Source: Mobula hypostoma
Lineage: Eukaryota
Direction of reading: 5' to 3'
Assembly (NCBI RefSeq): GCF_963921235.1
Contig: NC_086109.1
Location: forward strand, 1,178,001 to 1,242,000
DNA: 64,000 nt
Positions 38,695 through 49,541 of the stretch are shown in pieces. How positions within the stretch are numbered: position 1 is the stretch's first letter; every line of letters starts with the position of its first letter. A program made the translations under genes and the position numbers. Below the pieces are notes generated by a model, which did not search any database, was not told the DNA's origin, and saw only the letters and a program-made list of their open reading frames with translations.

Positions 38695-38958
38695 TCAGAG
38701 TCAAAGTCTGTCCCGAGCCTTGTGGCCCATCAGGCCAGTGCTTATGCCGGTTTCCGTGGCGTGAAGCGACTGAGAGTACGAGATTCCCCCCTGGATAGGA
38801 TACCAGTCTATCGCGAGGTTAACCCCCAGCATTTGCCGGTACCCACTTTCAGCTGGGTGGACTGGAGCAGCGTGTGGTTAAGTGCCTCGCTCAAGGACAC
38901 AACATGCTGCCTTGGCCGAGACTCGAACCCATGATCGTGAGCCCAACGCCCTAACCAC
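38695..38958 (-). mobile_element. tRNA-derived SINE with a CORE/Meta-like body
   Basis: A box tggttagggcgttgg, B box gggttcgagtctc, body tgtgtccttgagcgaggcacttaac..gggtaccggcaaatgctggggg. Interrupts a CR1. Confidence 0.75.
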
Positions 38959-40542
38959 ATTACCTCATGGCTCTTGAACTGAATCCCATGGTTGATGAAG
39001 GCTATCACACCAAACACCTTCTTAGCAACACTGTCAACCTGCGCAGCACCTTTTAGTTTCCTATGGGCACAGACCCCAAGATCTCACTGACCTTCCATAC
39101 TGCGGAGCACGTTACCATTAATATTCTATTTGTCTGCAAATTTGACCTACTGAAATGAACCACCTCACACTTCTCTGGGTTGAACTCCATCTGCCACTTC
39201 TCAGCCCAGTTTTGCATCCTATCAATGTCCCGCTATAACCTCTGACAACTCTCTAGACTATCCACAACACCGCTAACTTTTGTATCATCAGCAAACTTAC
39301 TAACTCATCTTTCTACTTCCTCATCCGAGTCATTTATAAAAATCACAAAGAGAAGGGTTCCCAGAACAGATCACTGTGGAATTCCACTGGTCACTGACCT
39401 CTGTGCAGAATACAAACCATCTACAACCACCCTTTGCCTTCCGTGGGCAAGCTAGTTCTGGATCCACAAAGCAAGGTCTCCTTGGATCCTACACCTCAAT
39501 TACTTTCTGAATGAGCTTTGCATGGGGAACCTTATCAAATGCCTTACTGAAATCCATATACACTACATCTATTGCTCTACCTTCATCAATGTGTTTTCTT
39601 ACATCCTCAATAAATGCAATCAGGCTCCTAAGGCATGACCTGCCCTTGACAAAGCCATGCTGACTATCCGTAATTGGATTATGTTTCTCCAAATCCTCAT
39701 AAATCCTTTCTCCCAGGATCTTCTCCATCAACTTTCCCACCACTGAAGTAAGACTCATTGCTCTATATTTTCCTGGATTATATCTACTCCCTTTCTTGAA
39801 CAAGGGAACAACATTTGCAACCTTCCAATCCTCTGGTACTTCTCCCGTCCCTATTGAAGATGCAAAGATCATTGCAAGAGGCTCAGCATTCTCCTCCCTC
39901 ACTACCCAGTAGCCTGGGGGTATATCTTGTCCGGTCCCAGCAACTTATCTAACTTAATACTTTTCAAAAGCTCCAGCACATCCCCTTTCTTAATGTCTAT
40001 ATGCTCAAACGTTTCAGTCCTCTGTACATCATCCCTACAACTGCCAAGGTCCTTTTCACTGGTGAATACTACCTCCTCCGGCTCCATGCGCACGTTTCCA
40101 CTCTCACTCCTGACTGGCCCTATCCTCACACAGCTCATCCTCTTGCTCTTCACACACTTGCAGAATGCCTTGGGGTTTACATAATCCTGCTCTCCAAGGC
40201 CTTCTCATGGCCCTTCTAGCTCTCCTAATTTCAATCTTGAGCTCCTTCCTGGCAGCCTTTCATGAGCTTTTCTTTTCTTTTTAACTGGATTTTCTACATC
40301 CTTTCTATACCATGGTTGTTCTACCTTACCATCCTTTCCCTGCCTCAGTGGACATGCCGAGGCAGAACGCCGTGCAAATGTTCCCTGTACATTTGCTACA
40401 TTTCTGCTGTGCATTTCCCTGAAAACATCTGCTCCCAGTTTATGCTCCCAAGTTCCTGCCTAATAGAATCATATTTCCCCCTACATCAATTAAATGTTTT
40501 CCAGAATGTTCTGTTCCTATCCCTCTCTAGCACTATGGTAAA

Positions 40543-43127
40543 GCAGGAGGCTACACCCAGAGTGCAGAATTCAGGGAGTAGCTGGGTGAACACCAGGAGA
40601 GATAAACAGTACCCCCCCCCACCCCCCATGGCCATTCCCCTCAGCAACAGGGTCTCCAAGTGGCCATTCCCCTCTCTCCCCTTTGGATACTGCTGTGGGG
40701 GTGACCTATCTGGGCGAGGCAGCAGCAGCCAGACCAATAGCACTGTGGTCGGCTGTGACCCTCAGAAGGGAAGGGTGAAGTCAGATGGAGTAATAATCAT
40801 GGGGGACTCGATAGATAGGAGGGACAGCTAGGAGATTCTGTGGCAGCAAAAAAGACGTCACAATAGTGTGTTGCCTCCTGGGTGCCAGGTCCCAGGACAT
40901 CTCTGAGTGGTTGCAGAATATCCTTGAAGGGAAGGGTAAGCAGCCAGGGGTTGTGGTACATGTTGGTACCAATGACATAGGCAGGAGAGGGATAGAGGTC
41001 CTGTGCAGTAGGGTTCGGGAGTTGGGAAGGAGGCTGAAGGGCTGGATCTCCGAGGTGGTCATCTCCGGATTACTCCCAATGCCACGCGCTGGGGGAGGTC
41101 AGAACAGGAAGATAGCACAGATGAATGGGTGCCTGAGGAGATCATTGGAAGCTTTCCCGGGGAAGGGGTGGCCTGTACAAGTGGGATGGGTTGCACCTGA
41201 ACTGGAGGGGAACCAATATCCTGGGAGGGAGGTTTGCTAGTGCCGTTGGGAAGGGTTTGAACTAGATTTTCTAGGAGGTGGGAATCGAAGTGAAGTGATG
41301 GTGCGGTTGGCGCACAAGTAGTAACAGCTTGTGGGGAATTTATGAGGAAGGACAGGCAGATGATAGAACAAAGAAGCACTCAGCCAGATGCTTTGACATG
41401 TGTCTATTTAATGCACGGAGTATCATGAGCAAGGCGGATGAACTTATAGTGATTCAGAATCCGAATCAGATTCCGGTTTATTAGCACCAGCGTGTGACGT
41501 AAAGTTTCTTAACTTAGCAGCAGCAGTTCAATGCAATACATAATCAAGCAGAGAGAAAAGTATAATAATAAATAAAATAAAATTATAATAATATTGATAA
41601 AGAAACAAGTAAATTAATTACAGTATACGTATATTGAATAGATTTTTTAAATACATGCAAAAAACAAAAATACTGTATATTAGAGGAAGGGAGATAGTGT
41701 CCAAGGGTTCAAAGTCCATTTAGGAATCGGGTGGCAGAGGGGAAGAAGCTGTTCCTGAATCGCTGAGTGTGTGCCTTCAGGCTTCTGTACCTCCTACGTG
41801 ATGGTAACAGTGAGAAAAGGGCATGCCCTGGGTGCTGGGGGTCCTTAATAATGGACGCTGCCTTTCTGAGACACTGCTCCCTAAAGATGTCCTGGGTACT
41901 TTGTACCCAAGATGGAGCTGACTAGATTTACAACCCTCTGCAGCTTCTTTCGGTCCTGTGCAGTAGCCTCCCCATACCAGACAGTGATGCAGCCTGTCAG
42001 AATGCTCTCCACAGTACAACTATAGAAGTTTTTGTGTGTATTTGTTGACATGCCAAATCTCTTCAAACTCCTAATGAAGTATGGCATCTGTCTTGCCTTA
42101 TTTTAACTACATCGATATGTTGGGACCAGATTATATCTTCAGAGATCTTGACACCCAGGAACTTGAAACTGCTCACTCTCTCCAATTCTGATCCCTCTGT
42201 GAGGATTTGTGGTTTGTATGTGCTCCTTCGCCTTACCCTTCCTGAAGTCCACAATCAGCTCTTTCATCTTATTGACGTTGAGTTCCAGGTTGTTGCTGTG
42301 GCACCGTTCCACTAGTTGGCAAATCTCACTCCTGCACGTGAAACTAATGTTGTCGCGATTACAGAGTCTTGGATGTCTCAGGAGAGGAATGGTTGCTGAG
42401 TATACTGGGCTTTAGATGTTTCAGAAAGGATATGGAGGAAGGCAAAAGAGGCGGGGGCGTGGCACTGTTGATCAGGGGTAGTGTCACGGCTGCAGAAAAG
42501 GAGGAAGTCATGGAGGGATTGTCTACGGAGTCAGTGTGGGTGGAAGTCAGAAACAGGAAAGGGGCAATAACTCTACTGAATTTTTTTATAGATCCCCCAA
42601 AAGTAACAGACTCGTTGAGGACCAGTTTCTGGAACAGTGAAATAATAACAGGGTTGTTGTGATGGGTGATTTTAACTTTCCTAATATTGACTGGCATCAA
42701 AGAAAGAGGTTTAGATGGGGTGGAGTTTGTTAGATGTGGTCAGGAAGGTTTCCTGACATAATATGTAAATAAGCCAACTAGAGGAGAGACTGTACATGAT
42801 CTGGTATTGGGAAATGAACCTGGGCAGGTGTCAGATCTCTCAATGGGAGAGCATTTTGGGGGTCATGATCACAACTCTGTCTCCTTTACCATAGTGCTGG
42901 AGAGGGACAGGATCAGACAATTTGGGAAAACATTTAATTGGAGTAGGGGGAAGTATGATGCTATTAGGTTGGAATTTGGGAACATAAATTGGGAGCAGAC
43001 GTTCTCAGGGAAATGCACAGCAGAAACGTGGCAAATGTTCAGGGAATATTTGCGTGGCGTTCTGCATAGGCATGTTGCATTGAGGCAGGGAAAGGATGGT
43101 AGAGTAAAAGAACCATGGTGTACAAAG
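40543..43127 (+). mobile_element. CR1 ORF1 esterase plus endonuclease portion
   Basis: CCLLGARSQDI..VHVGTNDIG and EN motifs (GGGVALLI, gatgggtgattttaac, DHN). Interrupted at 41450-42335 and truncated by the Penelope element. Confidence 0.85.
41450..42335 (-). mobile_element. Rex1/Babar-type LINE 3' fragment
   Basis: SFKFLGVKISEDIIWSQHI, FYSCTVESILTGCITVWYG, and a (gattct)n-like tail. Confidence 0.8.
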
Positions 43128-44835
43128 ACACAAACAACAGGAATTCTGCAGATGCTGGAAATTCAAGCAACACACATCAAAGTTGCTGGTGAACGCAGCA
43201 GGCCAGGCAGCATCTCTAGGAAGAGGGACAGTCGACGTTTCAGGCCGAGACCCTTCGTCAGGACTAACTGAAGGAAGAGTGAGTAAGGGATTTGAAAGTG
43301 GGAGGGGGAGGGGGAGATCCAAAATGATAGGAGAAGACAGGAGGGGGAGGGATGGAGCCAAGAGCTGGACAGGTCGCGGGACAGAAAGAAAGGGGGAGGG
43401 GGGGAAGCCCAGAGAATGGGCAAGGGGTATAGTGAGAGGGACAGAGGGAAAAAAGGAGAGAGAGAAAAAAAATATATATATATAATAATAAAAGATAAAT
43501 AAATAACGGATGGGGTACAAAGGGGAGGTGGGGCATTAACGGAAGTTAGAGAAGTGAGTGTTCATGCCATCAGGTTGGAGGCTACCCAGACGGAATATAA
43601 GGTGTTGTTCCTCCAACCTGAGTGTGGCTTCATCTTTACAGTAGAGGAGGCCGTGGATAGACATGTCAGAATGGGAATGGGATGTGGAATTAAAATGTGT
43701 GGCCACTGGGAGATCTTGCTTTCTCTGGCGGACAGAGCGTAGATGTTCAGCAAAGCGGTCTCCCGGTCTGCGTCGGGTCTCGCCAATGTATAAAAGGCCA
43801 CATCGGGAGCACCGGACGCAGTATATCACCCCAGCCGACTCACAGGTGAAGTGTCGCCTCACCTGGAAGGACTGTTTGGGGCCCTGAATGATGGTAAGGG
43901 AGGAAGTGTAAGGGCATGTGTAGCACTTGTTCCGCTTACATGGATAAGTGCCAGGAGGGAGATCAGTGGGGAGGGATGGGGGGGGGGACGAATGGACAAG
44001 GGAGTTGCTTAGGGAGCGATCCCTGTGGAATGCAGGGGGGCGGGGGAGGGAAAGATGTGCTTAGTGGTGGGATCCCGTTGGAGGTGGCGGAAGTTACGGA
44101 GAATAATATGTTGGACCCGGAGGCTGGTGGGGTGGTAGGTGAGGACCAGGGGAACCCTATTCCTAGTGGGGTGGCGGGAGGATGGAGTGAGAGCAGATGT
44201 ACGTGAAATGGGGGAGATGCGTTTAAGAGCAGAGTTGATAGTGGAGGAAGGGAAGCCCCTTTCTTTAAAAAAGGAAGACATCTCCCTCGTCCTGGAGTGA
44301 AAAGCCTCATCCTGAGAGCAGATGCGGCGGAGACGGAGGAATTGCGAGAAGGGGATGGCCTTTTTGCAAGAGACAGGGTGAGAAGAGGAATAGTTCAGAT
44401 AGCTGTGAGAGTCAGTAGGCTAATAGTAGACATCAGTAGATGAGCTGTCTCCAGAGACAGAGACAGAAAGATCTAGAAAGGGAAGGGAGGTGTCGGAAAT
44501 GGATCAGGTAAACTTGAGGGCAGGGTGAAAGTTGGAGGCAAAGTTAATAAAGTCAACGAGCTCTGCATGCGTGCAGGAAGCAGCGCCAATGCAGTCGTCG
44601 ATGTAGCGAAGGAAAAGTGGGGGACAGATACCAGAATAGGCACGGAACATAGATTGTTCCACAAAGCCAACAAAAAGGCAGGCATAGCTAGGAATATTTC
44701 TCCTTTGGCTCCCCCTACCACCACTCTGCTCCGTCTAGCGGAATTAGTCCTTACTCTTAATAATTTCTCCTTTGGCTCCTCCCACTTCCTCCAAACTAAA
44801 GGTGTAGCTATGGGCACCCGTATGGGTCCTAGCTA
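43128..44835 (-). mobile_element. Penelope-like element (RT + GIY-YIG) with a 3' pLTR and 5' inversion
   Basis: RT PSYACLFVG..LRYIDD (YIDD at 44594-44605). GIY-YIG FTCESAGVIYCVRCSRCGLLYIGET..VATHFN..EEQHLIFRLGSLQPDGMN, stop 43536. pLTR at 43128-43280. Inverted RT piece at 44693-44835. Confidence 0.92.
43230..43265 (-). ncRNA. Minimal type I hammerhead ribozyme in the Penelope pLTR
   Basis: Reverse complement reads agtc-CTGACGA-agggtctcggcct-GAAA-cgtc-gact, identical to 30559-30594. Confidence 0.75.
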
Positions 44836-45499
44836 CCACTTCTCAGCCCACTTCTGCATCCTATCAATGATGGAGTTCAACCCGGAGAAGTGTGAGGTGG
44901 TACACTTTGGAAGGACAAACCCCAAGGCAGAGTACAAAGTAAATGGCAGGATACTTGGTAGTGTGGAGGAGCAGAGGGATCTGGGGGTACATGTCCACAG
45001 ATTCCTGAAAGTTGCCTCACAGGTGGATAGGGTAGTTGAGAAAGCTTATGGGGTGTTAGCTTTCATAAGTCGAAAGATAGAGTTTAAGAGTCGCGATGTA
45101 ATTATGCAGCTCTATAAAATTCTGGTTAAGCCGCACTTGGAGTACTGTGTCCAGTTCTGGTTGCCTCACTATAGAGGCATTGATCATGTGGACAGTCAGA
45201 AGCTTTTTCCCAGGGCTGAAATGACTAGCATGAGGTGGCATAGTTTTAAGGTGCTTGGAAGCAGGTACAGAGGGGATGTCAGAGGTAAGTTTTTCACACA
45301 GAGAGTGGTGGGTGCACTGCCAGTGAAGGTTGTAGAGGTGTATACAATAGAGTCTTTTAAGATGTTCTTAGATAGGTGCATGGAGCTATGCGGTAGGGAA
45401 ATTTGAGGCAGCTTCTAGAGTAGGTTACATGGTCAGCACAACATTGTGGGCCGAAGGGCCTGTAATGTGCTGTAGATTTCCAGGTTTCTATGTTTCTAC
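44836..45499 (+). mobile_element. CR1 3' fragment with a 34-bp 5' inversion and an internal deletion
   Basis: 44836-44869 is the reverse complement of the CR1 sequence that normally precedes gatggagttcaacc. LVKPHLEYC motif and tttctatg tail. Confidence 0.85.
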
Positions 45500-46017
45500 G
45501 AGTTGAAGGACTTTGGGCAAAAATTGCAGTGGTAGGGTAAGAGATGCCTGAACATGCCACTGCAGAGAAAGAAATAACTGAAACCAACTTAGTGATATTA
45601 GCTGGAGATCTGAGGGACTCTTGTAACCAGAAATGTAATACATTGCTTATCAGAACGAACCAGAGGGAGACAAGATAATCCTTGTACAGCCAGGTGACTA
45701 AGTCATGGTGAGGGAACTCCCAGGTGTATATGAAAACGGTGCTGAAACGGTATCACTCACCCTCACAGGCAGATCAAGAGACCAACTACACACATTAACA
45801 ACACCTTTACAGTGGTGAACACTGATCTGCAGCTCCACATCTGACTGCTCTTGATCCAGTTCATCCAACCATACATGAATATAGCCAAGTGAAACCGGGG
45901 CCAATGTGCAGAACACAGTTCAAACTGTCTCCATGCATGGCATATAAAAGATAGCGAGTAACCATACAGTACTGTGCAAAGGTCCTAGGGCTGTGTGTGT
46001 GTGTAAAAACCATAGGT

Positions 46018-46925
46018 AGCATGCAAAAGTCTGGGCACCCCTGGTCAAAATTTCTGTTACTGTGAATACCTAAGCGAGTAAAAGATGACCTGATTTCCAA
46101 AAGGTATAAAGTTAAAGATGACACATTTCTTTAGTATTTTAATCAAGAAATTTTTTTTATTTCCATCTTTTACAGTTTCAAAATAACAAAAAAGGAAAAG
46201 GGCCTGAAGCAAAAGTTTGGGCACCCTGCATGGTCAGTACTTAGTAACACCCCCTTTGGCAAGTATCACAGCTTGTAAACGCTCTCTGTAGCCAGCTAAG
46301 AGTCTTTCAATTCTTGTTTGGGGGATTTTCACCTATTCTTCCTTGCAAAAGGCTTCTGGTTCTGTGAGATTCTTGGGCCGTCTTGCATGCACTACTCTTT
46401 TGAGGTCTATCCACAGATTCTCGATGATGTTTAGGTCAGGGGACTGTGAGGGCCATGGCAAAACCTTCAGCTTGCACCTCTTCATTGATCCATTGTGGAT
46501 TTTGAGGTGTGTTTAGGTTCATTATCCTGTTGTAGAAGCCATCCTCTTTTCATCTTCAGCTTTTTTACAGACAGTGTGATGTTTGCTTCCAGAATTTGCT
46601 GGTGTTTAATTGAATTCATTCTTCCCTCTACCAGTGAAATGTTCCCTGTGCCACTGGCTGCAACACAAGCCCAAAGCATGATCGATCCACCCCCGTGCTT
46701 AACAGTTGGAGAGGAGTTCTTTTCAAGAAATTCTGCACCCTTTTTTTCTCCAAATATACCTTTGCTCATTGCAGCCAAAAAGTTCTATTTTAACTTCATC
46801 AGTCCACAGGACTTGTTTCCAAAATGCATCAGGCTTGTTTAGATGTTCCTTTGGACCTTTTGAATAGAAATTTTTGGCTGCAATGAGCAAAAGTATGTTT
46901 GGAGAAAAAAGGGTGCAGAATTTAG
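46018..46925 (-). mobile_element. Tc1 (IR/DR type) transposon remnant
   Basis: FWKQVLWTDEVKIELFG, PTVKHGGGSIMLWAC, LLQQDNEPKHTSK. Repeated gcaaaagt(c/t)tgggcaccc at ~46023 and ~46209. Confidence 0.88.
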
Positions 46926-47424
46926 ATATGTGTGTGATCATTGCACAGTACTGTACAGTTACACAAAAATATATATTTAGCCCAAGTCTTTGAGTGACAT
47001 TTCCTCTAAATTGGTGGTTTGTGGGTGTTAACTACAAGAAAAATCATGCTCTCTGCAGCTGGCAGATGAGCATATGCATGCATGCACACAGTCCAGCTTG
47101 TCTTCCACCAAATGACCACTAGAAAACAGTACCAACAGGAGTGGTCATCCCCCAACCCAGCATGGACACCACACTACACCCGCCTCCAGCGTCACCCCTC
47201 TTGGACTGCCACAGCATGGAAGCCCACAGCTTGAAGCCTAGTCCTTGCTACAACCAAGGTCACACAGCTCCCACGCCACCTGTCTCCCCAGTAAACAAGG
47301 GAACCAGACTTGCAGCATTTACATTACCAGTGTTCAACAGGATCTTGTGATAGCAAGAGAAATGTCCAAGGCCATCACCCGCTGTTAGGAAGCACACTGC
47401 ACTCTGACCCCAGTAACATCATCC

Positions 47425-48535
47425 ACACCAAATCCCCCACACAAAAAACAAGCAAATCACGCAAACAGCAACAAAACATCAAACCCCAAATCCCCCACAC
47501 AAAAATACAAACAAATCACACAAACAGTAACGAGAACATCAAACCCCAAATCCCCCACACAAAAAACAAGCAAATCACACAAACAGTAACGAGAACATCA
47601 AACCCCAAATCCCCCACACAAAAATACAAACAAATCACGCAAACAGCAACAAAACATCAAACCCCAAATCCCCCACACAAAAAACAAGCAAATCACACAA
47701 ACAGTAACGAGAACATCAAACCCCAAATCCCCCACACAAAAAACAAGCAAATCACACAAACAGTAACAAGAACATCAAACCCCAAATCCCCCACACAAAA
47801 AACAAGCAAATCACACAAACAGTAACAAGAACATCAAACCCCAAATCCCCCACACAAAAATACAAACAAATCACACAAACCGCAACAGAACATCAAACCC
47901 CAAATCCCCCACACAAAAAACAAGCAAATCACACAAACAGTAACAAGAACATCAAACCCCAAATCCCCCACACAAAAAAACAAGCAAATCACACAAACAG
48001 TAACGAGAACATCAAACCCCAAATCCCCCACACAAAAAACAAGCAAATCACACAAACCGCAACAGAACATCAAACCCCAAATCCCCCACACAAAAATACA
48101 AACAAATCACACAAACAGTAACAAGAACATCAAACCCCAAATCCCCCACACAAAAATACCAACAGATCACACAAACAGCAGCAAAACATCAAACCCCAAA
48201 TCCTCCCACACAAAAATACAAACAAATCACACAAACAGCAACAAGAACATCAGACCCCAAATCCCCCACACAAAAATACAAACAAATCACACAAACCACA
48301 ACAGAACATCAAACCCCAAATCCCCCCTCCCCTCACATAAAAAACAAACAAATCACGCAAACAGCAACAAGAACATCAAACCCCACCACCCCCACACAAA
48401 AATCAAACAAATCACGCAAACCGCAACAAGAATATCAAATCCCAAATCCCCCCTCCTTCTCACATAAAAAACAAACAAATCACGCAAACAGCAACAAGAA
48501 CAACAAGCCCCAAATCCCCGCTTACACAAAAGACA
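47425..48535. repeat. ~59-60-bp A/C-rich minisatellite, about 18 copies
   Basis: Unit caaatcacacaaacagtaacaagaacatcaaaccccaaatcccccacacaaaaaacaag. Confidence 0.93.
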
Positions 48536-49541
48536 AATTGCAACAAGAAAGAATGGGTGAAAACGCAGAATATAAAAACATAAAACTGAGAGTTCAAGTG
48601 AATTACAGTCCAATCCAGAAATTGCGGATTGGGAATTTTGTTATCAACCTCCTCATATTCTTAATGTCTGCAGGTATCTCTGCAGAATTACATATTTACA
48701 ATGGTGAAGCATCGCATTGAGCAGAGCTCCTTGGAATATTCATTGCTGGTGGCTAGTCTGAAAGTTCCTGAGCACAAACTCCAGACACTGCAAATAGACT
48801 TGTTTTTACAGTGCTGAGGGACAGTGTCCTGACTTTAACAACTAGCTGGACTATTAAATGGCAAGGAACTCTGCTTTAAGTAGCAGGAATACATCTTTAT
48901 CAATGTGTACTACAGGGTATGGCTACTCAATTCTTTCTGGAATGCCATCCCAAGGTTTCCAATGAGCACCTACAAAAAGTAATGGGTAGAGCCCAGTCCA
49001 TCACCATTGTGCACATCTATAGGAGTGCTGTTGCAGGAAAGCAACATCCATTATCAGGGGCCCTCACCACCCAGGCTATGCTCTTTTCTCACTGCTGCCA
49101 TCAGGAAGAAGGTACAGGAGCCTCAGGACTCACAACACCAGGTTCAGCAACAGTTACCCTTCAAACATCAGGCTCTTGAACCAAAAGGGATAACTTCACT
49201 CATCTTCACTCACCCCATCATTGAAATATTCCCACAACCTACACACTTCATCTCATGTTCTTAATATTAATTTCTTATTTATTTATTTCTATTTCTGTTT
49301 TTTTCTTTTGATTTGTAGTTCGTTGTCTTTTGTGCATTGGTAATTTGTCCGTCCTCTTGGGTTCCATCTTTCATTGGTTCTATTATGGTTCTTGGATTTA
49401 TTGAGTATGCCCGCAAGAAAACAGATCTCAGGGTTTTATGTGGTGACATATGTATAGTGAGATAATAAATTTACTTTGAACTTTGAGCATCAACAGGTTC
49501 AATAGTTACATTTAACAGGTCATGTAAAAGTCACGAATATT

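Larger units (their letters stand above)
36218..40542 (-). mobile_element. CR1 host element containing nested insertions
   Basis: Tail at ~36218. Breaks at ..ccaatccagg (~36657) and resumes at ~38588 (atatccttgtaaacc). RT motifs at 39489-39902. Confidence 0.85.

Noticed and set aside
40300..43127. Head-to-head CR1 halves as a single 5'-inverted element
   Set aside because: The geometry fits, but the ~240-bp overlap is visibly diverged and the right end is cut by Penelope. Two independent insertions explain it equally well.
44525..45406. 293-aa ORF as a novel gene
   Set aside because: Chance read-through of antisense Penelope, inverted Penelope RT and CR1 pieces.
47310..48091. K/Q/T/N-rich and hydrophobic ORFs
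   Set aside because: Translations of the 60-bp minisatellite.
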